From Candidatus Zipacnadia bacterium (lineage in GTDB: Bacteria; Armatimonadota; Zipacnadia; Zipacnadales; UBA5352): a stretch of DNA of 64,000 bases. Where the stretch lies: NCBI GenBank assembly GCA_029820045.1, contig JALGVE010000002.1:3538-67537 (forward strand), read 5' to 3'. The position numbers and the translations under genes were made by a program. The notes beneath the pieces are model-generated. The model had not been told where the DNA came from. It did no database searches and saw only the letters and a program-made list of their open reading frames with translations. Positions 38,583 to 47,756 of the stretch are shown here, piece after piece; position 1 is the first letter of the stretch; every line of letters begins with the position of its first letter.

Positions 38583-41516
38583 TTGTCTGGCTCAAATCGG
38601 TGGGTATGGTACGTCTTCGGCATACTGTTCGTCGGTGTGCTTGTGCTTAAGTCTCTGGCCCTGTACACCGACTACCTGTGGTTCGGATCAGTGGCGCAGG
38701 GCGCGGTCTTCACCACTATACTCTGGACCAAGGTCAAGCTGGGCGCGGTGGTGGCGGTCGTGTTCTTCGCCTGGCTGTTCGCCAACATCCGCGTGGCGCG
38801 ACTCCCCCTGCCGGGTGATATTACCTTCATTGGCCGCCGGTTGCTGCCTGATGAGGAACGCGAGCAGATCGAGGAGTACGCGGACCGCGCCCTGGTGCTC
38901 TTCGCGGTCGTCGGCGCGCTCATGGCCGGTGTGGTCGCCAGTGGCCAATGGCATAGTTGGCTTCAGTACAAGAACGCGGTGCCCTTCCATGAGACTGATG
39001 CCATCTTCCACAAGGACCTCGGCTTCTATGTCTTCAAGCTGAGATTCCTCGAGTGGCTCTGGCGCTCAGTCTACTACGGGGTCATTGCGACCTTCGTGGT
39101 GAGTGTGCTCATCCACCTCTACCAGGAGGCCATCCGCATCGTCGGCAACACGGTCCACGCCATCTCACGCGCGCGCTGGCACTGTATGAGTCTGCTCGCG
39201 CTGGCGCTGTTCATCAAGATCTTCGGCTACCGGCTGGACCAGTTGAACCTGCTGTTCGCGAATCGCGCTGGGGTGTTCAGCGGTGGGCCTGGTTTCGCGG
39301 ATATCCACGCGCGGCTGCCGGTGCTATGGATACTGATGGTCGCGGCGGCGGTGACGGGCATCATCGTGCTCGCCAGCGTCAACAGCCATCGGTTCAAGCT
39401 GCCGGGCTACGCGGTGGCGATACTGCTCGTTGTCTCGTTCCTGGGCGGCAGCGCCTATCCTGCGCTGGTGCAGAAGCTGGTGGTAGTGCCGAACCAGCTC
39501 GACAAGGAACGCACGTACATGGAGCACAACATTTTGGCGACCAACAAGGCCTATGGGCTTAGCCACGCAGATGAGGTCAACTTCAAGGTGGTTAACAATC
39601 TCCAGGCCGAGCACATCCGAGCCAACTGGGCCACCATCGAGAACATCCGCCTGTGGGACCACCGCCCGCTGCAGCAGACGAACAACCAGAAGCAGGCTAT
39701 CAGGATGTACTACAACTTCCCGGATGTTGACGTGGACCGCTACATGATTGACGGCCGCCTACGTCAAGTGATGCTGTCCACACGGCAGATCAACGCGTCG
39801 AAGCTTCCCGTGCAGAACTGGGTAAGTACGCACCTCAAGTACACGCATGGCTACGGCCTGTGCATGTCGCCGGTCAACGAGATCGGCGAAGAGGGGCTGC
39901 CGAACTACTGGATAAAGAACATCCCACCGGTCACCCAGCACGGGCTGAAGGTGACGCGCCCGGCGATCTACTACGGGGCAAGTGTGCATCCCAGGCTCAT
40001 CGAGCACATTCAGCAGCCCGAGGAGCCCCTCGGTCTCACCGAGCCCCAGCCGGCAGCCGAGGAGCCGCCGGAGGGCCCTGGAGGAGGCCAGCCACGTAGC
40101 GGCCCCAGCCAGCCCCGCAGAGGGGTGGGCGGTGGGCCGGAAGACATTACCAGCCAGAGGTACGTCATCGTCAGCACGGAGGAGCCGGAACTCGATTACC
40201 CCCGCACTGAGGCAGTGGGGGCGGTGACGGGCGACAACGTCTACACCCATTACAAGGGCCATGGGGGCGTGAAGGTCAACAGCTTCCTGAGGCGGGTGGC
40301 GTTCTTTGCGCGCTTCTTCCCCGACCTGCAGATACTTTTCACCACCGGGATTACGGACAATAGCCGCATCCAGATCAACCGCACCCTGCCTGAGCGCATG
40401 CAGGCGCTCGCGCCCTTCCTGATGTACGATCCCGACCCGTACCTGGTGGTGAACGATGATGGAACCCTGAAGTGGGTCGTGGACGCGTACACGATCTCGG
40501 GCCGGTATCCGTACTCGCGGGCGGTGCCGCGCCTGGGCAACTACATCCGCAACTCCGTGAAGGTCATCTGCGACGCCTACGAGGGGATGCCCGAGTATTA
40601 CGTCATTGACCCGACCGATCCACTGGTGCAGTGCTATCAGAAGATCTTCCCGACGCTCTTCAAGCCCATCAATGAGATGTCGCAGCACTTGCGCCGACAC
40701 CTGCGGTATCCCCAGCTACTGTTCATGCTCCAGGTGGGCATCTACTGCGACTATCACATGAAGGACCCGCAAATCTTCTTCCAAGGCGAGGATCGCTGGG
40801 CGATACCGCCCGAGATCTACTCGCATGGGCGACGGCCGGTAGAGGCGTACTACGTAGTGATGGAGCTGGTCGAGGGCAAGGGCCCGGAGTTCGTGCTGAT
40901 GATGCCGCTGGTGCTCTACGGTCGTGAGGAGCGCAACATGGTGGCCTGGATGGCGGCGCGCTGTGACGAGCCGCACTACGGCGAACTGATTGTCTACGAC
41001 TTCCCCAAGGGGCAGTTGATATACGGCCCGTGGATGGTCGAGTCACGCATCAGCCAGGACCCGGAGATATCGCAGCTCATCACCCTCTGGGGACAGAAAG
41101 GCTCGAACGTCATTCGGGGTAATCTGCTGGTCATACCACTGGAGCATTCCCTGCTCTACGTCGAGCCGCTCTACATTGAGGCAGAGGAGAGCGGGCTGCC
41201 CGAGCTCAAGCGTGTAATACTCGTCTACGGCAACCAGGTAGCCCTCGGGGTGGACCTCGAAGACGCTCTGCAGGAGATATTCGGCGCGGTCGGGGGCGCA
41301 AAGCAGCCATCCAAGGCCCCGCAGGTGGCGCCTGCACCCGGTGTTGAGCAGGTGTCAGGCACGCAGCTTGAGAGGCTAAGAGGACTTATTGAGCATGTGT
41401 TGGACCTCGACAAGCAGGCGCAGGAGGCGCAGCAGAAGGGGGACTTCCAGACATACTTGGAGAAACACAAGGAGCAGTCCGCTGCCCTCCAGAAGTTGAA
41501 GGGCGAACTCAAGTAG
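38583..41516 (+). CDS. UPF0182-family large membrane protein (977 aa)
   Basis: N-terminal cluster of TM helices followed by a large extracytoplasmic domain. The overall pattern (YTDYLWFGSV..., PNYWIKNIPP, LYVEPLYIEAEESGLPELKRVI) matches UPF0182. Confidence 0.65.
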   Translation: MSGSNRWVWYVFGILFVGVLVLKSLALYTDYLWFGSVAQGAVFTTILWTKVKLGAVVAVVFFAWLFANIRVARLPLPGDITFIGRRLLPDEEREQIEEYADRALVLFAVVGALMAGVVASGQWHSWLQYKNAVPFHETDAIFHKDLGFYVFKLRFLEWLWRSVYYGVIATFVVSVLIHLYQEAIRIVGNTVHAISRARWHCMSLLALALFIKIFGYRLDQLNLLFANRAGVFSGGPGFADIHARLPVLWILMVAAAVTGIIVLASVNSHRFKLPGYAVAILLVVSFLGGSAYPALVQKLVVVPNQLDKERTYMEHNILATNKAYGLSHADEVNFKVVNNLQAEHIRANWATIENIRLWDHRPLQQTNNQKQAIRMYYNFPDVDVDRYMIDGRLRQVMLSTRQINASKLPVQNWVSTHLKYTHGYGLCMSPVNEIGEEGLPNYWIKNIPPVTQHGLKVTRPAIYYGASVHPRLIEHIQQPEEPLGLTEPQPAAEEPPEGPGGGQPRSGPSQPRRGVGGGPEDITSQRYVIVSTEEPELDYPRTEAVGAVTGDNVYTHYKGHGGVKVNSFLRRVAFFARFFPDLQILFTTGITDNSRIQINRTLPERMQALAPFLMYDPDPYLVVNDDGTLKWVVDAYTISGRYPYSRAVPRLGNYIRNSVKVICDAYEGMPEYYVIDPTDPLVQCYQKIFPTLFKPINEMSQHLRRHLRYPQLLFMLQVGIYCDYHMKDPQIFFQGEDRWAIPPEIYSHGRRPVEAYYVVMELVEGKGPEFVLMMPLVLYGREERNMVAWMAARCDEPHYGELIVYDFPKGQLIYGPWMVESRISQDPEISQLITLWGQKGSNVIRGNLLVIPLEHSLLYVEPLYIEAEESGLPELKRVILVYGNQVALGVDLEDALQEIFGAVGGAKQPSKAPQVAPAPGVEQVSGTQLERLRGLIEHVLDLDKQAQEAQQKGDFQTYLEKHKEQSAALQKLKGELK

Positions 41517-41537
41517 GGACAGGAGACGAGGCCGGCC

Positions 41538-43016
41538 ATGCCTGGGGCGACCGGGGAGTTGCCGGAGGTTGTCGTCAAGGCGACGACACCGGCTGTCGAG
41601 CAACTCAACGTAGTAGCGGATAGCACAGTCGGTTGCGGAGAAGGCTTCCAGGTCATCGTCGAGGCGCAAAACAAGTGGGGATTCACCGCGACCGGCCCGA
41701 TCGGGTCGGTCGCGCTGGTTCTAACCAACGAGAACAAGCACAGCAACCTGAGCGAAGTTGAGTTGAGCGAAGGCGTGGGTCGGACCGAGGTCAAGGCTCC
41801 CGCAGCCGGCCTCTATCGCGTCGAGGCGCAAACCGCCGACGGTTTGAGGGCCATCAGCGATCCCATCGAGGTGAGCGACGAGACTGACGCTCCTCGACTG
41901 CTGTGGGGAGACATCCACGCACACATCCGCGAGCGCCGCGCGCAGGCCCTCATCAGCGAAGCGGACCGGCTGATGGGTCCTGCTACGCTCGAAGAGGCGT
42001 ACCGCTTTGCGCGTGAGGTGGCCGGCCTGCACTTCTGCGCCATCACCGATCACGACGTGAACCTCACCGATCACGAGTGGGAGCAGACCATCGAGGCGGC
42101 GAATGACTTCAACGAGCCGGGCCGCTTCGTAGCCTTCCCCGGCTACGAGTGGGGCTACTCTGCTGGGTTTGCCATGAACTTCGGGCATCGTAACGTCATC
42201 TACCGCGGCCGCGGCGGCACGCCCATCTTCCGGTGCTGCGAGGAGCGCACTGCTAGCTCCCACGGCCTCCATGAGGCGCTCCGCGACACCGTGCCCATCG
42301 AGGATATGCTGGTTATTCCGCACCACACGGCGCGCGGCGGCGGGCAGACCTGGCAGAACTGGGACTACTATGACCCCGACCTCGAGCGGCTGTGCGAGGT
42401 CTACTCCATCTGGGGCAGCTCCGAGAAGATGGGCGAACCTTACCCGATCAACTACCTGCCCAGCGGCGGGTACTTCGGCACTGCCGAGGCCGCCGGCCAT
42501 CACCTGCAGGACGGCCTTGCGCGTGGCTATCACTTCGGCTTCGTGGCAGGCTCGGAGTCCCACGACGGCCGCCCCAGCCGCTCGCTGATACATGGCCGAG
42601 AGTTCGTCCAGGAGAGCAAGGTCCTCTGGCCGCCGGGTATCGCCGCGGTGTGGGCGGACGATCTCTCTCGCGACGGCGTCTTCGACGCCCTGCGCGGGCG
42701 CCGATGCTACGGTACGACAGGCGCGCGCATCATCGTGCGCTTCTTCCTCGGCGACGAGCCGATGGGCAGCGAGGTCACGTGGCCTGATCCGAAGGCACCG
42801 CGCGTCATCCGCGCCGAGGTCATCGGCGCCGCGCCCATCGCCTCATGCGTGATAGTCAAGAACAACGAGGATGTCTTCGAGACCTCCTCGGGCGCCCAGC
42901 GGCTGAGCTTGGAGCACGTGGACAAAGCCGCCGTGCGTCCGGGGGATTTCTACTACCTGCGAGTGACTCAGGCCGACGGACAGATGGCCTGGGCATCGCC
43001 CATCTTCCTGGTGTGA
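41538..43016 (+). CDS. DUF3604 / PHP-like metal-dependent phosphoesterase family protein
   Basis: WGDIHAHI, AITDHD and IPHHTARGG histidine motifs resemble PHP-type hydrolases. Confidence 0.55.
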   Translation: MPGATGELPEVVVKATTPAVEQLNVVADSTVGCGEGFQVIVEAQNKWGFTATGPIGSVALVLTNENKHSNLSEVELSEGVGRTEVKAPAAGLYRVEAQTADGLRAISDPIEVSDETDAPRLLWGDIHAHIRERRAQALISEADRLMGPATLEEAYRFAREVAGLHFCAITDHDVNLTDHEWEQTIEAANDFNEPGRFVAFPGYEWGYSAGFAMNFGHRNVIYRGRGGTPIFRCCEERTASSHGLHEALRDTVPIEDMLVIPHHTARGGGQTWQNWDYYDPDLERLCEVYSIWGSSEKMGEPYPINYLPSGGYFGTAEAAGHHLQDGLARGYHFGFVAGSESHDGRPSRSLIHGREFVQESKVLWPPGIAAVWADDLSRDGVFDALRGRRCYGTTGARIIVRFFLGDEPMGSEVTWPDPKAPRVIRAEVIGAAPIASCVIVKNNEDVFETSSGAQRLSLEHVDKAAVRPGDFYYLRVTQADGQMAWASPIFLV

Positions 43017-43022
43017 ACCCGA

Positions 43023-43702
43023 TCGTGCCAGTACTCAAGCTGGACGTAATCCAGGCCGTAGTGTTCGACTTCGATGGCACTCTGGCCGAGACCAACATTG
43101 ACTTCGGCCTCATGCGCGAGAGGGTCATCGAGGTCGCGACGCGCTGGAACGCCTATCGCGAGAGCGAGCAGCGAAGGTACATCCTCGAAGTCGTGGCCGA
43201 CGCCCGTGAGATGCTGGCCGACGAGAGCAGCCGTGAGGCCTTCACGCGCGAGGCCGAGCAGGTTATGCAGGAGGTGGAGCTGCAGACCTGCGCCACGGCC
43301 GAGCCCTTCGAGGGCGTGCCGGAGGCGCTGAGGCGCCTGCGGGAGCACGGCTTCCGCGTCGGGATTATCACGCGGAACTGCGCCGCGGGCGTCCGCGCGG
43401 TCATGGCGCGCCATCACCTCCCGCATGAGGTGCTGCTCACGCGCGACGATGTCAGGAAGGTCAAACCTGCGCCGGATCACCTCCAGGCGGCGTTGGCGGC
43501 CCTTGCTGTGCCGCCGGAGCGGGCCCTCATGGTCGGTGATCATCCGACGGACATCGAGTGCGGGCGGGCGGCGGGTACCTTTACTGCCGGCGTGCTGACT
43601 GCGAAGACCACGCGCGAGGAGTTCGAGAAGGCGGGCAGCGACCTCGTGGCGGAATCCGTGCCGGCGCTGGCGGCGATGTTGTGCGACGATAGTCCGCCGT
43701 AG
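43023..43702 (+). CDS. HAD-superfamily hydrolase (subfamily IA, phosphoglycolate-phosphatase-like)
   Basis: VVFDFDGTLAET motif I, ITRN motif II, VKPAPD and VGDHPTDIECGRAAG motifs III/IV. GTG start just after the upstream stop. Confidence 0.7.
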
Positions 43703-43726
43703 TCCCGCAACGCGGGACGAAGGCGG

Positions 43727-44767
43727 ATGGGCTGGAGGGACCGCAAACTGAAGCCGGAGTTACCGGTGGGCAAGCTGGACCTTGAACTCATGTCCGAGCT
43801 GCTGGGCTCAGTGGCATCGCCGGACGCCTCCATCATTGTCGGTCCGGGCGTTGGGCGCGATGTCGCGGTGCTCGATGTCGGGAACCCGGACACGTATCTG
43901 CTGGCCAAGACCGACCCCATCACCTTCGCCACCGACGCCATCGGCTTCTATGCCGTCCACGTGAACGCCAACGACCTCGCCACCAGCGGCGGGCTCCCGC
44001 GCTGGTTCCTTGCCACGCTGCTGCTGCCCGAGGTGGGCACCGACGAAGAACTCACGCGCGGCATCTTTCGTCAGATTCACAGCGCGTGCCGGGCCATCGG
44101 CGTGCTCCTGGTGGGCGGTCATACGGAGGTCACTCACAACCTCGACCGGCCCATTCTGGTGGGGGTGATGCTGGGCGAGGTCCCCAGGGACGGAGTCATC
44201 ACAAGCGCCGGAGCGCAGGTCGGCGACCGCGTGCTGCTCACCAAGGGTGTGGCGGTGGAGGGGACCTCCCTCATCGCGCGGGAGGTGAACGAACAGCTCA
44301 AGGAGCGCGGCTATGATGACGAGTTCCTCGAAGCCGCGCGTGAGCTGCTCTATGACCCAGGCATCAGCGTCCTCAGGGAAGCGCAGATAGCGGTGAACGC
44401 CGGTGAAGTCCACGCGATGCACGATCCGACCGAGGGTGGGGTGGCGACGGGCCTGCATGAGATGGCCCTCGCCAGCGGGGTTGGACTTTCAATAGACTAC
44501 GCGCGCATACCGCTGCTGCCGGCGACGGAGCGCTTCTGCTCCGAGTTCGAGCTGGAGCCGCTGGGCCTGATCGCCTCCGGCTCACTGCTGATCGCCGCGG
44601 AGGCTGACGCCGCTGCGCGTATCGTGGCAGGCTGCCGGGCTGAGGGAATTGCCTGCGCGGACATCGGTGAGGTCACGGCGCAAAAGCAAGGCCTGCGACT
44701 GCTCCGCGATGGCGCGTGGATGGACTTGCCGCGCTACGACCAGGACGAGATAGGGAAGCTGTTCTGA
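43727..44767 (+). CDS. AIR-synthase-related (PurM-like) protein, HypE/ThiL-like ATP-binding fold
   Basis: Gly-rich and DPTEGG motifs with the N/C-domain layout of the PurM superfamily. Followed by the terminator-like hairpin gcgaacgccagggatgccttggcgttcgc+tttg (~44826-44858). Confidence 0.55.
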   Translation: MGWRDRKLKPELPVGKLDLELMSELLGSVASPDASIIVGPGVGRDVAVLDVGNPDTYLLAKTDPITFATDAIGFYAVHVNANDLATSGGLPRWFLATLLLPEVGTDEELTRGIFRQIHSACRAIGVLLVGGHTEVTHNLDRPILVGVMLGEVPRDGVITSAGAQVGDRVLLTKGVAVEGTSLIAREVNEQLKERGYDDEFLEAARELLYDPGISVLREAQIAVNAGEVHAMHDPTEGGVATGLHEMALASGVGLSIDYARIPLLPATERFCSEFELEPLGLIASGSLLIAAEADAAARIVAGCRAEGIACADIGEVTAQKQGLRLLRDGAWMDLPRYDQDEIGKLF

Positions 44768-44949
44768 CGGCCGGCAGTGGGGAATGGGCAATGGGCAATC
44801 GGGAAACGGCGAAGGCGTCGGTGCGAACGCCAGGGATGCCTTGGCGTTCGCTTTGCGGAGCGGCCGGGGCCCGGAGCCTGTCCGATAAGGCTTCGCCCGC
44901 CCGGGGACTGTCCCCTTTTTCGCATTGTGTGCGACAAAGGACTGTCCCC

Positions 44950-45837
44950 GTGTTGACGGACAGGCGGGGGCGCCTGTCCTACTATTGGGCTGCGCTGCTT
45001 GCGCTGGCCGTCCTCGCGGCGTTTGCGGTCACCGCTCCGGCTCAGCAACAGCGCGAGTCCTCGTCCGGCGAAGCGGGCCAAGGCGCGCGGGAGTTCAAGT
45101 TCGCGGTCTTCGGGGATTCTCGGCCGGCCGGGCAGCAGCCGTACTCGCCGGTGTTGGAGCGCCTGGCCTCTGACATCGGGGAGGTAGGCCCGGACTTCGT
45201 CATCGGCACCGGCGATTACATTGATGGCTCCTCGAACCAACAGCGGCAGCGCTGGGAGTTCAATCAGTTCTTCGCGGCGCTCGCGCCTATGCAGCGCAAG
45301 CAGGCGGTGCCGGTGGCCCTGGCGCCGGGCAATCATGACATCATGGGCCTCCGCGCCAACCAGGACATCTTCCGGGAGCTGTTTCGCGACCTCTACTGGT
45401 CCTTCAACTACGGCGGCTGCCACTTTGTAATCCTGGACACGGAGGAGCCGAACCGGGAGGGGCGCATCGCGGGGAAGCAGCTTCAGTGGCTCAAGCAGGA
45501 CCTGGCGGCCTACAAGGACGCGCGCCTTACCTTCATCGCATTTCACCGGCCCTTGTTCCCGGTGGACGGGCATGTCGGCTCCTCGTGCGATGCCTACCCG
45601 GAGGAGCGGGACGCCCTGCACAGCCTCTTCGTGCAGCAAGGAGTTGACTGCGTCTTCTGCGGCCACGAGCACCTCTACAACCACCAGAAGAAGGATGGCG
45701 TCCACTACTTCATCACGGGTGGCGCTGGCGCGCCGCTCTACGCCAAGCCGGAGCGCGGCGGGGTCTATCATTACCTGCTCGTGGAGGTCTCCGAGACCAG
45801 CTACCGCATCAGTGTGCGCCGGCTGGAGGGGCCCTGA
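44950..45837 (+). CDS. Secreted metallophosphoesterase (calcineurin-like)
   Basis: Signal peptide LSYYWAALLALAVLAAFAVTAPA. GDSR, GNHD and GHEH metallophosphoesterase motifs. GTG start abuts the palindromic motif. The ORF-track start at 44716 would read through a regulatory element. Confidence 0.65.
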   Translation: MLTDRRGRLSYYWAALLALAVLAAFAVTAPAQQQRESSSGEAGQGAREFKFAVFGDSRPAGQQPYSPVLERLASDIGEVGPDFVIGTGDYIDGSSNQQRQRWEFNQFFAALAPMQRKQAVPVALAPGNHDIMGLRANQDIFRELFRDLYWSFNYGGCHFVILDTEEPNREGRIAGKQLQWLKQDLAAYKDARLTFIAFHRPLFPVDGHVGSSCDAYPEERDALHSLFVQQGVDCVFCGHEHLYNHQKKDGVHYFITGGAGAPLYAKPERGGVYHYLLVEVSETSYRISVRRLEGP

Positions 45838-46155
45838 GACCGACGACGGCCGCCGCCGAGGGCAAGCCCTCGGCTGGGGAAAGGAAGATGCACCGGATGG
45901 AGGACTGAGGCGGACGACGGCTGCCTCACCCCCTGCCCCCTCTCCCTCGCCCTGAGGCGCTACGGTGCGCCTGTCAAGGAGCGGGCTTGGGAGAGGGGGA
46001 ACGGCGAAAGGACACGACAGGTTGCTGTCGTCGTGAGAGGTGTCCCCTCTCCCAAGCGTCACCGGTAGGAGGCGCGAGGGAGAGGGGAAAGAGACCGCAA
46101 AGCGGTCTCAGGGGTGAGGCTGCCTCGTGCCGGACAACCGGGAAGGAGAATCACC

Positions 46156-47172
46156 ATGAGCGAAGAGATCGGCGCAGCCATCAATGCCTGCGGTTGGGTC
46201 GCCCGTGAGCACGCCAGGGCCTACCTCAACAACCCGCACACGAGGCTGGTGGGCGTCACCAGCCGCACCCGCGCCAGCGCGGAGAAGCTGGTGGAGGAGC
46301 TGGGCCTTGACTGCAAGATCTATCCGGACTACGAGGCCCTGCTCGATGATGACGAGGTTGATGCGGTCTCCGTCACCACGCCTAACTTCCTGCACGCGCA
46401 GAACGCCATTGACGCCGCGCGCGCGGGCAAGCACATCGTGCTGGAGAAGCCGGCCGGCATCAACGAGGAGGAGTTGGACGAGCTGGGAGCGGCCGTCGAG
46501 GCGGCGGGCGTGACCAGCATAGTCAGCTTCGTGCTGCGCTGGAATGAGCTGGTGGTCAACCTCAAGCGCCTGCAGGAGCGGGGGGCGTTCGGCGAGCTGT
46601 TCTTCTGCGAGACCGACTACTGGCACGGCCTCGGTGAGGTCATCCGGGCGGACCGCTGGCTCGCGAAGAAGGACCTGGCGGGAAGCGCATTCCTGACTGG
46701 CGGCTGCCATCCGGTGGACATGGCGCGCTTTCTCTGCGGCGAGATAGCCAGCGTCTCGGCCTACTCTCACCACGGGCTCGAGGGCTTCGAGTACGACACG
46801 ACCGTGTCCGCCGCCGTCGAGTTCGAGAACGGCGCGGTTGGGAGAATCTCCTCATGCCTGGAGATCGTGGCGCCGTATCACTTCAACATCAAGCTGATGG
46901 GAACGGAGGGCACGGCGCTCGGCAACAGGATCTGGAGCCGCGCGCTTACCCCGAGGCAGTCGGACTTCTTTGAGCTTGTCTGCGAGCTTCCCGACAGCGG
47001 CGATGTTGCCCACCATCCCTTCCAGGAGGAGATAGACCACTTCGCTGAGTGCATCCTGGAGGGACGGGACTGCGATCCCAACATCGCCGACGGCATCCGC
47101 ACCAGCCGTGTCTGCCTGGCCGTGGACCGCTCCGCCGCGGCCGGCGGCGAGGCGCAGAGGCCGCGGTATTGA
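46156..47172 (+). CDS. Gfo/Idh/MocA family oxidoreductase
   Basis: MSEEIGAAINACGWVAREHARAY, AARAGKHIVLEKP. SD ggaaggag 8 nt before the ATG. Confidence 0.75.
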   Translation: MSEEIGAAINACGWVAREHARAYLNNPHTRLVGVTSRTRASAEKLVEELGLDCKIYPDYEALLDDDEVDAVSVTTPNFLHAQNAIDAARAGKHIVLEKPAGINEEELDELGAAVEAAGVTSIVSFVLRWNELVVNLKRLQERGAFGELFFCETDYWHGLGEVIRADRWLAKKDLAGSAFLTGGCHPVDMARFLCGEIASVSAYSHHGLEGFEYDTTVSAAVEFENGAVGRISSCLEIVAPYHFNIKLMGTEGTALGNRIWSRALTPRQSDFFELVCELPDSGDVAHHPFQEEIDHFAECILEGRDCDPNIADGIRTSRVCLAVDRSAAAGGEAQRPRY

Positions 47173-47184
47173 GGGGGCCGGGTC

Positions 47185-47601
47185 TTAGAGGTCCGCAAGT
47201 TGCTTTTGTAGTCGTCGGAAGCGGCTGCTGCCCGGGGATAGGGAGACAGCCATGCTGATGTGTTCGCGGGCCTGCTCGAACTGATCGAGCTTTGCCAGCA
47301 CTACTGCGAGGTTGGCGTGCGCATCCGCGAAGTCCGGAGCCAGCGCCACGACGCGCTGGAACTGCTCCGCCGCCGCGCCCCAGTTGCCCTCGTACAACCG
47401 AGCCAGCCCCAGCGAGTAGCGGGCGTCGGCGTCGTCGGGGTGCTCGCGGACCATTGCCTCGTACTCCAAGGCCATGTCCTGCACCGCCTGGGACGCCTCC
47501 TCATGGTCTTCGCCCTCCGCTATGCGCGCCCCGCAGGCGCTGCAGAATCGAGCGTCAGGTTCGACGGCGCGTCCACAGACCGGGCACTTCGGCATCTTCA
47601 C
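47185..47601 (-). CDS. Zinc-ribbon + TPR-repeat protein (138 aa)
   Basis: N-terminal CPVCGRAVEPDARFCSACG zinc ribbon followed by TPR-like helices. Confidence 0.55.
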   Translation of the reverse strand: MKMPKCPVCGRAVEPDARFCSACGARIAEGEDHEEASQAVQDMALEYEAMVREHPDDADARYSLGLARLYEGNWGAAAEQFQRVVALAPDFADAHANLAVVLAKLDQFEQAREHISMAVSLSPGSSRFRRLQKQLADL

Positions 47602-47756
47602 ACCTCCGGTCCCGGCTCACAGCCTACGTGCGGGCCGTGAAGGAGTTCGCCGTCGCCTGCCGGAGTCCCTTCGTGCGCAGGCAGGCAGCGGGGCCTACGC
47701 CGTCGAATTGTGCTCAGGAAGCCGTGTACAGCCTAGCCGGGCCAGGTGCGGTAACT

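Noticed and set aside
44716-44949. Upstream extension of the metallophosphoesterase ORF
   Set aside because: It would translate through a terminator-like hairpin and the conserved palindromic element. The signal peptide begins right after the GTG at 44950, which is preceded by an SD-like AAAGGA.
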